Origin: Justusliebigvirus VEcB
Sequence record: OZ035773.1
Length of the DNA stretch: 64,000 bases
Reading direction: 5' to 3' (one strand)
Numbering within the stretch: position 1 is the stretch's first letter; every line of letters starts with the position of its first letter. Position numbers and translations under genes: made by a program. Under the pieces are notes generated by a model, which was not told where the DNA came from, made no database searches, and saw only the letters and a program-made list of their open reading frames with translations. Below, piece by piece: positions 36,509 through 46,719 of this stretch.

Positions 36509-37593
36509 TAGAAGTCTAACTCCTCGTCATCACTTACATCTTTATTTGCTGAATTCAGTTTGTAAGCTGTAATTTGGATCTCCTGTGCTGCTGCTTGAAT
36601 TTGATCTGGATTTAACCAAACATCCATCCAAGGCAGTGGACTTTTCTTCGGTGCACGGAATTTGTGTTTCATTTTCAGTCTGCGATAGATAGGCGCAGCA
36701 TTGAAGTAAACCCAAAGTTTGAACAACTCTGCGTTACCACCAACGATAATCCTTCCTTCACTAAACAGATAGTCACACCAATCTTCCTCTTGTCCAACTA
36801 CCGTGTCAAGAATTTCTGTCAGAACGTCGATATTATCTTCGTATACTTTTCTCCAGACAGGATCTTTCAGCAGTGCATCAATAATAGCATAATCCATTTT
36901 AACGTGCAATAGTTCATCCAACATAATTTTTTGAATGAGTTTAGCTGCACCTACAAACAGTTGCTGCTCTGCTAAGGCAAATGTTGCAGCAAAAGATGAT
37001 ATGAATTGAATGCCTTCCAGACCGATAAGTGCAATCATTCCTTTCAGAATCAGTAGACGAAGGTTATCATCCTTCTCAATCAGACCTAGAGCATATTTAT
37101 GTCCTGCCTCTGCCAGATCACTCATTATCTCTTCAACTATACCCATCCTCTGGAAGATTCTTTCGTTCTCCATAATCTGATCGATAACTTCATTTGGATT
37201 AGGGATACACTGACGAATAATTTCAGAATATGTCAAAGCGTGTAAAACTTCCATTTCTGATTGCTTCATCATCATTGCACATGCTTCGTTGTTGCTTAAA
37301 AATGGTGCAAACAAAGTGATGATTGATTTAGCAAGTGAATCATTTTCCCATTGGAAAGATAGGTTTTTGATCATAACATCATAGTTGCTTTTAGAACAAG
37401 CTACGAAATCTTTTCGTGTCTGATCTAAGTTTACTTCGTTTTCATCCCAATCTTGCTGTTTTTGTAGTTTGTACAGACGATGCATTTCTGGGTATGTTAC
37501 ATTAATAGAATCAAAAATACCTAACTGTTCTCCCAAAAACACAGGGTAGAAACCTTCTTTGTAAGTGTCGTTGTATAAGTTAATTGCTGCCAT
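36508..37593 (-). CDS. nrdB: ribonucleotide reductase small (beta) subunit
   Basis: ferritin-like helices with conserved E/H; position next to nrdA. Confidence 0.85.
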   Translation of the reverse strand: MAAINLYNDTYKEGFYPVFLGEQLGIFDSINVTYPEMHRLYKLQKQQDWDENEVNLDQTRKDFVACSKSNYDVMIKNLSFQWENDSLAKSIITLFAPFLSNNEACAMMMKQSEMEVLHALTYSEIIRQCIPNPNEVIDQIMENERIFQRMGIVEEIMSDLAEAGHKYALGLIEKDDNLRLLILKGMIALIGLEGIQFISSFAATFALAEQQLFVGAAKLIQKIMLDELLHVKMDYAIIDALLKDPVWRKVYEDNIDVLTEILDTVVGQEEDWCDYLFSEGRIIVGGNAELFKLWVYFNAAPIYRRLKMKHKFRAPKKSPLPWMDVWLNPDQIQAAAQEIQITAYKLNSANKDVSDDEELDF

Positions 37594-37990
37594 TTAAATC
37601 CTCCACAATATCGCACATTGCTTTTATTGTATCAATGTGTTCTCTCTCCATACCATGCTCTATGTAAGCCTTCTCTAATGCGTCCCATACACTCTTTGTG
37701 AGTAGTACAGTAACCTCTCCCTCATACCTTGCCCTGGTTAAAGCATACCAGGTAGCTACGGGATCATTGGAAGCCCATATTTCAACACTGGAAAATTGAA
37801 AACCTGCAATATAATGGCAACACCAATCGAATGTAAAATCTTTACTATCTACCAGTGTATAATTTCCCCAGCGTCTTTGTGGTGTTGCCCCAGGTAATAC
37901 AACTAATGTAGGCATATTCCTCCTTAAGAAAGGGGGACAAAGCCCCCTAGTTTCATTACATCTTACAAGCCTCACAACCGGATTCTTCAT
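37580..37990 (-). CDS. hypothetical protein between nrdA and nrdB (start uncertain)
   Basis: six-frame ORF overlapping nrdA 3' end. Confidence 0.35.
   Translation of the reverse strand: MKNPVVRLVRCNETRGLCPPFLRRNMPTLVVLPGATPQRRWGNYTLVDSKDFTFDWCCHYIAGFQFSSVEIWASNDPVATWYALTRARYEGEVTVLLTKSVWDALEKAYIEHGMEREHIDTIKAMCDIVEDLNGSN
37931..37948 (-). terminator. hairpin (possible attenuator)
   Basis: aggggg-acaaagc-ccccct. Confidence 0.3.
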
Positions 37991-40217
37991 CCTCTTGAGC
38001 GAGTGAGGTTGCCGATTTTGTTCTGCTATTTAGATAGTACAAAGATTTACCACCAAGTTTTGCAAACTGAAGAATATATTGCATTTCTGATTTAATGGAT
38101 AAACGACCACCTTCCATCTTAGAATAGTCAATCCACTTATCACATGATGCACCTTGATCTAAGAATTTAGTCAACAGTCCATATGCTTCAGCCATATCTT
38201 TATCTGGCGTATCCCAAGCCGATTGGTAAATATCTTTTAGTTTATCGTAGTCTGGCACAATAAACAGAACATTACCCTTTTGGCTTTGTTTATAAACTAT
38301 AGTATCACGTACAGGATACACAGAGTTAGTCGTATTACTTACAAGACTACTGGACTCATTTGGAGCAATAGCTGCTAATACGCTATTTCGGATACCACCT
38401 TGTGCAATGATATCTTGTCGTAAACCTTCCCAATCCATTTTAAGTTTAAAATTGCCAATATCGTCTACAGCTTTAGCGTAGGTGTCAATAGGCAACCATC
38501 CTTCAGGCCATTTGGTTTTATGCATCCATTCTGCATTACCTTTCTCTTTTGCCAAACGAAGAGAAGCTCTTGCTAACCAATAATAATGTCTTTCTGCTAA
38601 TTCGTGAATTAGTTTTTTGCCGTAAGGATCTGAATAAGTAACAAAATTACTTGCCAGATAATGTGCAAGGTTTGTAATACCTACACCGATAGATCTACGT
38701 GCTTTAGCAGTGATTTCGTTATGTTTAAACGGATACTGCATTGTTTCAATAACATTATCAATAGTTAGAACGGTATAATATGCAACATCTTCATATTCTT
38801 CTGGTGTAACACGACCAGCTACAATAGAAGACAGGAAGCATAATGCCAACTCTTGATCTTCTGTATTCTCACCTGTGAAAAGATCAGTCATATTGTGAAA
38901 TGCTTTCGTAGGTAAGAAAATTTCTTGGCACAAGTTTGACTGGTAAATAACATCCTTAAACGGAGTATGCTTATTAGCATTATCCGCAAAGAACATATAA
39001 ATACGTCCTGTCTCTGCTCTTTGTGTAATAATTTCTGCCAGAAGATCTCGTGCTTTTACAAACTTCTTCTTAATTCGTTTGCGACTAACTTTTTCATATA
39101 CTTCTTCAAACTCTTCCTCGCTTTTATAAAGCGCCTCATAGAGTTCTGGTGCTTCGTCATAACTGACTAGCATCCAATCTTTACCTTTTGCTGCACGGCG
39201 CAGGAAAGCATTGTTTACTACAATAGAGTAATCAAGTTTATCTACTCGTTTTTCACTAACAGTAGTTGGGTTTTTCAAACGTACCAGATCTTCAAAATCA
39301 GGTTCTAGTATTGTAAACGTTACCGTTGCACTTCCACCACGACTTGCTTGTTTTGATGCTCCAACACTTGTTTCCATCCATTTCAGATATGGTAAAAGAC
39401 CACCGTGAACGATACGGTTGTTCTTAACACCTTGTCCTGTAGCACGGGTTTGGAGGTTAACACCAATACCTGCATTATTCAATGTATATTCATGAGCAAG
39501 ATAGTTAGCAATTGCTAAAGATTCTGCTGTATCATCTGCTCTAAACAGACAACAAGAAGCACTACCTTTAATCTTAGTACGCAACGTTGTTAAATAAGGC
39601 GATGGTAAATTAATCTTAAGATCACTTACGTAGGTATATAGACGTTTAATGTCTTCTACTCTGCGATCTTTTGGTTGAATTTCCATTACCTTCATTGCTA
39701 CACCAATGAATAAAAACTGTGGTGATTCAAAAACAACATTATTGATCGCATCTTTCACAAGATACTTATCAACCATCTGGCGCAGTACGGAATAACCATA
39801 AGTTAGGTTTTTATCGTGATTGACAATTTTACCAATCTCAATAATTTCTTCTTCTGTATAATCCATCTTCCCCCAATAGCCTTTACTTACAGACATATTG
39901 TAGAAATCCAGGAGGGAGGGGATATTGTGATATCCCCCATGAGCCTGTTTATAGATCATACCAAGAAGTAACCGACCTGCCATATCACTATATGCCTGAT
40001 CTTTCTTATCAATACATGCTGCTATCATAGCTTTATGTAAATCACGAGTAGGCACACCGTCGTAACAACGTTTAACAGCTTCGAGTTCAATTTCAGACCA
40101 ATTTAATTTACCAGCAGCAAACTCTGACCATTTACGAAGTTTTTCTGGATTAAATTCTTCTTTCTTGCCGTTTGTTTTTGTTACATAACGGATAGATTTG
40201 CTTAGATACTGAGTCAC
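37956..40217 (-). CDS. nrdA: ribonucleotide reductase large (alpha) subunit
   Basis: 753 aa; N-terminal ATP-cone-like region, conserved cysteines, C-terminal CxxC. Confidence 0.9.
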   Translation of the reverse strand: MTQYLSKSIRYVTKTNGKKEEFNPEKLRKWSEFAAGKLNWSEIELEAVKRCYDGVPTRDLHKAMIAACIDKKDQAYSDMAGRLLLGMIYKQAHGGYHNIPSLLDFYNMSVSKGYWGKMDYTEEEIIEIGKIVNHDKNLTYGYSVLRQMVDKYLVKDAINNVVFESPQFLFIGVAMKVMEIQPKDRRVEDIKRLYTYVSDLKINLPSPYLTTLRTKIKGSASCCLFRADDTAESLAIANYLAHEYTLNNAGIGVNLQTRATGQGVKNNRIVHGGLLPYLKWMETSVGASKQASRGGSATVTFTILEPDFEDLVRLKNPTTVSEKRVDKLDYSIVVNNAFLRRAAKGKDWMLVSYDEAPELYEALYKSEEEFEEVYEKVSRKRIKKKFVKARDLLAEIITQRAETGRIYMFFADNANKHTPFKDVIYQSNLCQEIFLPTKAFHNMTDLFTGENTEDQELALCFLSSIVAGRVTPEEYEDVAYYTVLTIDNVIETMQYPFKHNEITAKARRSIGVGITNLAHYLASNFVTYSDPYGKKLIHELAERHYYWLARASLRLAKEKGNAEWMHKTKWPEGWLPIDTYAKAVDDIGNFKLKMDWEGLRQDIIAQGGIRNSVLAAIAPNESSSLVSNTTNSVYPVRDTIVYKQSQKGNVLFIVPDYDKLKDIYQSAWDTPDKDMAEAYGLLTKFLDQGASCDKWIDYSKMEGGRLSIKSEMQYILQFAKLGGKSLYYLNSRTKSATSLAQEDEESGCEACKM

Positions 40218-40228
40218 TTCCTCTCCTA

Positions 40229-40489
40229 TTAATTGTGCATGTTTAGAACATCTACATCATAACCGCCACGCATCTCATTATATAAGCCATTTGCGTATAG
40301 AAAACCTTCAAAATGATCTATACCTTCAAAACCTTTTGCCTTTGCTTTGCGGTCTGCTTCTTGTCTTTTTGGGGATAATCTTTTAGATGTATCAAGAATA
40401 ACTGTTACATTGCAACCTAATGTTTCATCAAAATAGACTTCAATTTCACAGCCTTCATATTTATTACTTTCTGTCATTTGGCCTCTCAA
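40229..40489 (-). CDS. hypothetical protein (86 aa)
   Basis: six-frame ORF. Confidence 0.45.
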   Translation of the reverse strand: MRGQMTESNKYEGCEIEVYFDETLGCNVTVILDTSKRLSPKRQEADRKAKAKGFEGIDHFEGFLYANGLYNEMRGGYDVDVLNMHN

Positions 40490-40900
40490 TTAGAATTCAG
40501 AATCATCATCTCGTGATGGATCATGTTCATTTCCGAAGTCTTCCATTTTGATATGAGAGCTACCCCAACCTGTAAAATCTTCTTCTCCAAAGTGCAAAAT
40601 ATCTACACCTTGATAGATTCGCTTATATTTATAGTCTTGTCGAACTGGGAAAGTATACAATGTAGTATTTGCAAACACCACACGTCGATTGTTGTTACTA
40701 CGAATATTAACACCACGTTCTACTGTATAATGTCCATCGGTAGACATACCAAGCATTACTAATGCTGCTCGCAATGTAGTGTTATGATACTCGTGAGGAA
40801 TTTTTCCTCCGTGTTTTTTAGCCATTTCTTTCCAGATCGGTGTAGCCTTAATGGTAGACATACTTACGGTCGCCCAAATGGTTGTATTAATTAGTGACAT
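40490..40900 (-). CDS. hypothetical protein (136 aa)
   Basis: six-frame ORF. Confidence 0.45.
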   Translation of the reverse strand: MSLINTTIWATVSMSTIKATPIWKEMAKKHGGKIPHEYHNTTLRAALVMLGMSTDGHYTVERGVNIRSNNNRRVVFANTTLYTFPVRQDYKYKRIYQGVDILHFGEEDFTGWGSSHIKMEDFGNEHDPSRDDDSEF

Positions 40901-40998
40901 AAATTCTCCTTCTCTCTTTTTAAGGAGAGCTACGCTCTCCTAACGTTAGCCTATACTACACGAATCTCAATTAAAAGTCAACTATAATTTTAAGTTGA

Positions 40999-41970
40999 TC
41001 ACCATTTTGTATGGTTAGTCAAAAGTTGACGATGTTGAATCCAACCACAGAAGTTTCCACTCCACAAACGATGTTTACGATCCATATGTGTAATACCTTC
41101 TTCCCAAGAGGTAGGGAACGGAGGAATATTAATACCACCTTTCTGTTGTTTTAATCCTGACAAATCCATTTCTTTCATTGGCGTTGCCTGGTGTTCAAAC
41201 GGAGATGCATGTACCTTTTGTCCAGACAGCAAACGAGAATAGATATCCAATGCTTTATCTTTGGTATCATTCAATTTACGATAACTTACCTGAGCGCAAC
41301 AAGAAGCTGAAATAGCTTTTGCTTCCTCTTCTGTCAACATTTTCTCGTTGGAGAAGGTTTCACCCAAGAAATAACGGATCATACCAGTTTCTGGATCTCG
41401 ATCACGATTAACGTAAGGTGTATGCCATTCCCCTGGGAAAAGAAGATATGGTTCAGAAGATTCATACAGTTTTTTAATTTCTTTAGCAAGAGCCTCAATA
41501 GTAGGATCTGCATCAGCATCTACGCGCAACCACAAGAAGTTTTCTAGCTCTGTAGTGGTTACTACAGTCTTCATACGCTGGAATGGTTCTAGTAGGCGGT
41601 TTGCAACCTGTTTATGATAACCAGCAAGGGCAAACTCTTCTGCAAAACGTGCAGCACTTAGCGCAGCCAAGTCCCACCATTCTTTTGCAGTGTAACCTGC
41701 ATCAATCAGGGCATCGTGATCTGTGCCTTTATCTTGCATACCTGGTTGGTTAGCACCAAAACGATAAGGACGTGCTGGAGATTGCCGTACCATTTCAATT
41801 AGAGTTTTAACAGGGATAGCTCGACTTGATGCGGCATTACGAGAAAACAAACGATGCGTCATCAATTCAGAGTGAATGATTCGAGGATATTCAAGTTCAA
41901 AGGTAACAATATCCTTACCTTCAGATGTTTGAGAGTGTGCAATAATTTTTGCTGAAATAGAGTTTGTCAT
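40999..41970 (-). CDS. thyX: flavin-dependent thymidylate synthase
   Basis: ThyX signature region HRLFSRNAASSRAIP. Confidence 0.8.
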   Translation of the reverse strand: MTNSISAKIIAHSQTSEGKDIVTFELEYPRIIHSELMTHRLFSRNAASSRAIPVKTLIEMVRQSPARPYRFGANQPGMQDKGTDHDALIDAGYTAKEWWDLAALSAARFAEEFALAGYHKQVANRLLEPFQRMKTVVTTTELENFLWLRVDADADPTIEALAKEIKKLYESSEPYLLFPGEWHTPYVNRDRDPETGMIRYFLGETFSNEKMLTEEEAKAISASCCAQVSYRKLNDTKDKALDIYSRLLSGQKVHASPFEHQATPMKEMDLSGLKQQKGGINIPPFPTSWEEGITHMDRKHRLWSGNFCGWIQHRQLLTNHTKW

Positions 41971-41979
41971 TATTTCTCC

Positions 41980-42684
41980 TTAAGGTAGTAAAATACTTTC
42001 AATTTCTTCCCACTGATTATCTAAACCAGTGATAATTACATTAGGAAGTTTCTTTAACTCTTCCAAGTATGGATCTTCGTAAATAGTGTTGAAATATATT
42101 TTCAACGTTTCATCTGGAAATAGGACAAGATTTTCAGCCCTATCGTCAATAGTTACGTCGCAAGGTAATAAGTATTTTTCTTTTGTTGCGAAAAAGCCAT
42201 TACCAGATGTTCTACTAAAGTCCACTCTATCTAAAGATCGTGTTACGTGTCTATATTTAGAACTAAGGTGTCCACCCTTAGTGTGGCTTGCTATAGATAT
42301 ATTAGCTCCATTTGCAATTATACGATGAACAACATCTGTACTATTAGGTACTACTCCCATAGTATCATATAGATGTTGGTTATCCCAAAAAGAGTAAGGA
42401 TCTACACCAAATTGCTTTTTAAAATCAGGAAAATATTTCGTAATATCATAATGCACAGTCTTATGTGCCTTATCAAATTTGATATTAGATCTACTTACCG
42501 CATTTAACCAACTCAACCATTCTACATCGGCAGGAGCTATTACTAAATCCCAATCACATACTAGACGCATTATTTCTCCTGTTATAACATTTTCTACACA
42601 TTGTTTCGTAAATATCTTCTCCTCCAATAACAATCTGTTCTTTAGAGTCGATAAGTCTAGCATTGAAAATAGCTTTTCTTCCAC
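41980..42684 (-). CDS. putative HAD-family 5'(3')-deoxyribonucleotidase (start probably internal)
   Basis: DVTIDDRAEN motif; overlaps tk 5' region. Confidence 0.4.
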   Translation of the reverse strand: MEEKLFSMLDLSTLKNRLLLEEKIFTKQCVENVITGEIMRLVCDWDLVIAPADVEWLSWLNAVSRSNIKFDKAHKTVHYDITKYFPDFKKQFGVDPYSFWDNQHLYDTMGVVPNSTDVVHRIIANGANISIASHTKGGHLSSKYRHVTRSLDRVDFSRTSGNGFFATKEKYLLPCDVTIDDRAENLVLFPDETLKIYFNTIYEDPYLEELKKLPNVIITGLDNQWEEIESILLP

Positions 42685-43117
42685 ATTTACAAATGCTTTT
42701 CAATTCTGTAATTGAATCTGCTATGGCTAATAACCGTTCAGAACCTTCAAACAATTCTGTAGCAAAATCTGTTTTAAGCCCATAACAGAATACAGGAATA
42801 TCGTAATTATCTACCACATCTCCAAGAATGTCAACCATATCTTTAGTTAGGAATTGTGATTCGTCCACAAACACTGCATCTACTGGATTTTCTTTAAGTT
42901 GTGTATAAATTTCCAGCATATCTTCTTTTGTTTTAACTGGTTTTGCTTCCTCTTTAATACCTATCCTAGAAGCAATAGCACAACCAGACCTGGTATCTAA
43001 AGCTGAAGTTAAAAGAAGAACTTTCATATTTCTTTCTTTATAGTTCCAAGCTGTTTGTAGCAGATGTGTGCTTTTACCACTGTTCATCGGACTATATCGG
43101 AAATAAAGTTTAGCCAT
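42554..43117 (-). CDS. tdk: thymidine kinase
   Basis: P-loop YSPMNSGKST; C-terminal Cys cluster. Confidence 0.85.
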   Translation of the reverse strand: MAKLYFRYSPMNSGKSTHLLQTAWNYKERNMKVLLLTSALDTRSGCAIASRIGIKEEAKPVKTKEDMLEIYTQLKENPVDAVFVDESQFLTKDMVDILGDVVDNYDIPVFCYGLKTDFATELFEGSERLLAIADSITELKSICKCGRKAIFNARLIDSKEQIVIGGEDIYETMCRKCYNRRNNASSM

Positions 43118-43162
43118 ATTTTCTCCTCTAACGCTCCCATTTGTGGGAGCGATAATACTTTA

Positions 43163-43738
43163 TTATTTCTCTTCGTCAAGAAGAATTTTTACTATTTGTT
43201 TTCTTCGCTTACTTACTGTACTTTCTGGTGAAATTCCGCGCTTCGTTAGCCAATTTTTATCCTTTTTAGACTGGCATAAAGCTATCGCTTCCTTCTCCGC
43301 TTTTGCTTCCCTGAATGTCATATCGTGCTTGTCAGCGTAAGCTAGGGTAGCGTTACACTGCTTACAAACTACACGCAGGTCGTCTTCTGTTACGTACAAT
43401 AAGCGTAAAACAAAACTTGGAATATCTTCATAACAGGTTAATGTACCTGCTGCATTAATATGGTCTACTTGAAAGTCTTTCATACCTCCTGTATGTCCAC
43501 ACAATTCACATTTACAATTCCAAACCTGTTTCGGTTTGCCTGTTTTCTTATCTAAGACTATATTTCCATCTTTATCCAATCTATCAGCTTTAAATCGTAC
43601 AGATTGGATCTTTTTTATCTTATTCGGGTGTCTCACCCATGCTTTCCTTAAGCAACCCCTTAAATACGTATAAAAGGCTGCTTGAGTTTTCCAAGGTGTT
43701 CCATCTCCCCAAATAACTTTAGGTTCTTTATTTTCCAA
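43163..43738 (-). CDS. HNH endonuclease (putative homing endonuclease)
   Basis: CELCGH...DHINAAG...CKQCN. Confidence 0.7.
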   Translation of the reverse strand: MENKEPKVIWGDGTPWKTQAAFYTYLRGCLRKAWVRHPNKIKKIQSVRFKADRLDKDGNIVLDKKTGKPKQVWNCKCELCGHTGGMKDFQVDHINAAGTLTCYEDIPSFVLRLLYVTEDDLRVVCKQCNATLAYADKHDMTFREAKAEKEAIALCQSKKDKNWLTKRGISPESTVSKRRKQIVKILLDEEK

Positions 43739-43922
43739 TAGTGCTCACCTTTTTAGCTACATAATCTCCTGGTGGAATGTTATATTTAAAGAAAAGCATA
43801 CGGTCTAAACCAGCCTTACACATGTTTTCTGGGATTGTGATTGTATATAAGAGTTTATCTCCACGTTTATTGTATATTTTATATACTTCACCCTCTCCGT
43901 ATTGTTTACCGTGAGAAGCCAT
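43728..43922 (-). CDS. hypothetical protein (64 aa)
   Basis: six-frame ORF. Confidence 0.4.
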   Translation of the reverse strand: MASHGKQYGEGEVYKIYNKRGDKLLYTITIPENMCKAGLDRMLFFKYNIPPGDYVAKKVSTIGK

Positions 43923-44307
43923 CTACGCTCTCCTTCAATGTTTCAATAGCATCTGCTGCTTCAATATACTTACCTTTGTACATTGCTTTTAAAGCCTTAC
44001 GAACAAGATCATCATCTGTGTATAAATCAATTAGCTGATTAGCTAACTCAATTTTTACAGGATTTTTTAAGTTAGGGTAGGCTTCATACAACATATTGTA
44101 ATACTTATCACTTAATTCTTTTTCAATATGAATAACGTGAATCGCTTTGTTTAGGTTGATCACACGATCACCTTTGTTTCGACAAGCATACTTAGCTAAC
44201 TTAGTGAAACAAGGAGTTGCACCAATTAGATATGCAAGTTCCAAAGGTTGCATACGCATACGTTTGTAGTGATCACCATCAATTTGAATATCCAGTGCTG
44301 TAGTCAT
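43906..44307 (-). CDS. hypothetical protein (133 aa)
   Basis: six-frame ORF. Confidence 0.45.
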   Translation of the reverse strand: MTTALDIQIDGDHYKRMRMQPLELAYLIGATPCFTKLAKYACRNKGDRVINLNKAIHVIHIEKELSDKYYNMLYEAYPNLKNPVKIELANQLIDLYTDDDLVRKALKAMYKGKYIEAADAIETLKESVDGFSR

Positions 44308-44322
44308 AAATCCTCCAAAAAT

Positions 44323-44347
44323 AAAGGGGCTTTCGCCCCTTTTTATT
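44323..44347 (-). terminator. rho-independent terminator
   Basis: ggggc-tttc-gcccc plus TTTTT. Confidence 0.55.
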
Positions 44348-45308
44348 AAATTCCAATAACAGTATTTACACGCTTCTCTTTGCTACGCAAATTAACACGT
44401 CCACGAGACAGGCTATTACATGATGTGCATCTTAGCACTTGGAATGTACTAACCGCTGTTGTGTAAACCTTACCAGGAACAACTTCAAGGTGCTCTTTAC
44501 CGCAACGAGGACAACGAAGTTTTTCATCGTCATAGAATGCAGATACGTTAGGATGTTGTGGAATCCATGCACGAAGTTTGATGTAAAGATCTCTAAGAGA
44601 AACAACATCACCATCATTGTATGTTTGCATACGGAAGAAGGCATGTCTATCTCCTTCACAACATGCTTTCCACAAAGGAAAACCTTCATTATCAAGTTTA
44701 AAGTTTTCTGTATCAAAATACAAACACATTTCTTTAAGCGCATTAGAAGGTAGTGCAAACTGCTTCTTAGCTGCCTTGAGTGTATCAATTACAACATAAT
44801 GTGATGGTGGCTCCATACCGTGAAAAGCAAAACGTTGGTTAATATAAGCCTTATCAAACTTAATACCGTTGTGCGCGATCACAATATCTGCATCGTCAAG
44901 CAAGTGCCAGAGATCTTGACATAATTCCCAATCATCTGTATGATCTATGTCAAACAAAGGGTAATTGCTAAGGTTCTTACCTTCTACTTCCCCTGTTTCT
45001 AAATCAGCAGATGAATAGGAAAGCAAGTAACCTCGACGAATAACTTGTTCAGGTGCAATAAAGGCTTTGAAACGTGAGAAGCTATACACAATCTCCGGTG
45101 CTGTCTCTACGTCAATAATTTTAATTACTGGCCCACCTTTATCTTGCGGAGCACCACGATGTGGTGAATTTACACGAGCTAAGTAATCATTTACTGTGCT
45201 CTTCTTAGTAGAACTTCCCAACACCTCTTGTGCAATCTTACGCGAAGAATAACCTTGTGCTTTCATAGATACAATCAAGGCTTTCTGTTCGTCTGTTAAT
45301 TTACTCAA
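44346..45308 (-). CDS. DEDD-type 3'-5' exonuclease with N-terminal HTH and C-terminal zinc ribbon
   Basis: IIDVETAP, HNGIKFDKAY, YNDGDVV motifs. Confidence 0.65.
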   Translation of the reverse strand: MSKLTDEQKALIVSMKAQGYSSRKIAQEVLGSSTKKSTVNDYLARVNSPHRGAPQDKGGPVIKIIDVETAPEIVYSFSRFKAFIAPEQVIRRGYLLSYSSADLETGEVEGKNLSNYPLFDIDHTDDWELCQDLWHLLDDADIVIAHNGIKFDKAYINQRFAFHGMEPPSHYVVIDTLKAAKKQFALPSNALKEMCLYFDTENFKLDNEGFPLWKACCEGDRHAFFRMQTYNDGDVVSLRDLYIKLRAWIPQHPNVSAFYDDEKLRCPRCGKEHLEVVPGKVYTTAVSTFQVLRCTSCNSLSRGRVNLRSKEKRVNTVIGI

Positions 45309-46339
45309 TGTTCCTCCTGCTCTGAAATATATGCTTGTAGCATACTTTCAAAAGTTGTTTCATCATTCGCCCAACGTTTCATATATACCAACTGAAAAAT
45401 TGTCTCTATCCATTCATCAGTTGTCATTTCTACTTCTTCACCATCCCAAGAAGTAAATTTAACGCCATCTGGGAACCATTCATAATACTGATCTTTAACT
45501 GTCTGAAAAAGTTCAGCCTGTGTTTTACATTTGGAAATAAGATTAAAGCAAGTAATATCTCCAAATTTAACATCGAAATCTTGGTAAGGTCGAATACTGT
45601 CTGTCTTATCGCCCATTAGCATTTGATAAGCTAACCAGTAACTACCCCAACCCTTAACTTCTTTTTTCTTACCTTTTTCTACGATCCAGATATCACCGAT
45701 AGATTCATCAATCAGAATAACACAAGGATTTTTATAAACACCATCCTCTTTATAAAAATTAAAGAGTAAACTTGGTGTGTGTAAGCTATCTTTGTCGATA
45801 GATGCTACAATATGAGAAAACTTACCAGTTTCCTTGTAGGCTTTATACCCTGCATATCCATAGATTTCTAAAGCATCATCTGCCTCAATACCAGTAACAA
45901 CGTCACCGTTATGTTTTTCAACTAGATAATCTTTAGTATCTGATAATTGGATTGGTCTTAAATCTGATCGTTCTGATTTATATTCTTTTGGCATTTTGAA
46001 AGAATGCCGGAAGGTTTTTCCTACCCCGATGACACCGCAATACTTTTGAAGTTTTAGGTGATCCACCATCTGGGTTATTTTTGTCTTTGCAGCTTGAAAC
46101 GTAAAAGAAATATTCTCTGGGACTATTTGAACATCTTTTATTTCAAAATCTTCCTTGGAGAACAACTTCTTACCAGCAGCTTCGCGTTGCGCGTTAAGTG
46201 CTCCTAACCATCCTCCAATATTTTTTGAAGATTTACCCCAAAAATCTGTTCTTGTTTCAAACTCTTTTACATTACCGGAAGCCTTGTGTACAGCGTGGAT
46301 TTTTCTTTGTTCTAAAGCTGAAGACGCTTGGAACGCCAC
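45305..46339 (-). CDS. 5'-3' exonuclease / RNase H (FEN family)
   Basis: GIEADDALEIYG resembles G-x-EADD FEN motif. Confidence 0.55.
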   Translation of the reverse strand: MAFQASSALEQRKIHAVHKASGNVKEFETRTDFWGKSSKNIGGWLGALNAQREAAGKKLFSKEDFEIKDVQIVPENISFTFQAAKTKITQMVDHLKLQKYCGVIGVGKTFRHSFKMPKEYKSERSDLRPIQLSDTKDYLVEKHNGDVVTGIEADDALEIYGYAGYKAYKETGKFSHIVASIDKDSLHTPSLLFNFYKEDGVYKNPCVILIDESIGDIWIVEKGKKKEVKGWGSYWLAYQMLMGDKTDSIRPYQDFDVKFGDITCFNLISKCKTQAELFQTVKDQYYEWFPDGVKFTSWDGEEVEMTTDEWIETIFQLVYMKRWANDETTFESMLQAYISEQEEH

Positions 46340-46431
46340 TTGATCGTAGTCTATTGCAAGAATTGTGTTCTCGTCAACATATTTGTGCAGGTCTTCCGGT
46401 TGGATTAAAATGTAACCGCTAATATTACCTC

Positions 46432-46644
46432 CTATTCATCATCTGAACTCTCTGTTGAGAATGTTCGTGTGTAGGGACACTGACGACTTGCAGAAACCTC
46501 TATAACCTTGTCGTACATACCGTTAGAGTAAAAACAGTATTTTGTACTTCCAGAAACTTGTTCTCCAGAATTAATTAAAGTTATTTGACCAGCATAAGAA
46601 TAAGAACTGATTACTAAAAGTAAACCGACAAGAAGTTTTTTCAT
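46432..46644 (-). CDS. small secreted/periplasmic protein (70 aa)
   Basis: signal-peptide-like MKKLLVGLLLVISSYSYA, two Cys. Confidence 0.5.
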   Translation of the reverse strand: MKKLLVGLLLVISSYSYAGQITLINSGEQVSGSTKYCFYSNGMYDKVIEVSASRQCPYTRTFSTESSDDE

Positions 46645-46719
46645 TGGTGTGTCTCCTTAAAAGCCCACCTAACTAAGTAGGTAGGCATATTAACACATAT
46701 TAAATTAGTAAGTCAAGTA

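Noticed and set aside
38967-39170. Plus-strand 67-aa ORF inside nrdA
   Set aside because: Antisense to a well-supported 753-aa gene; low-complexity translation.
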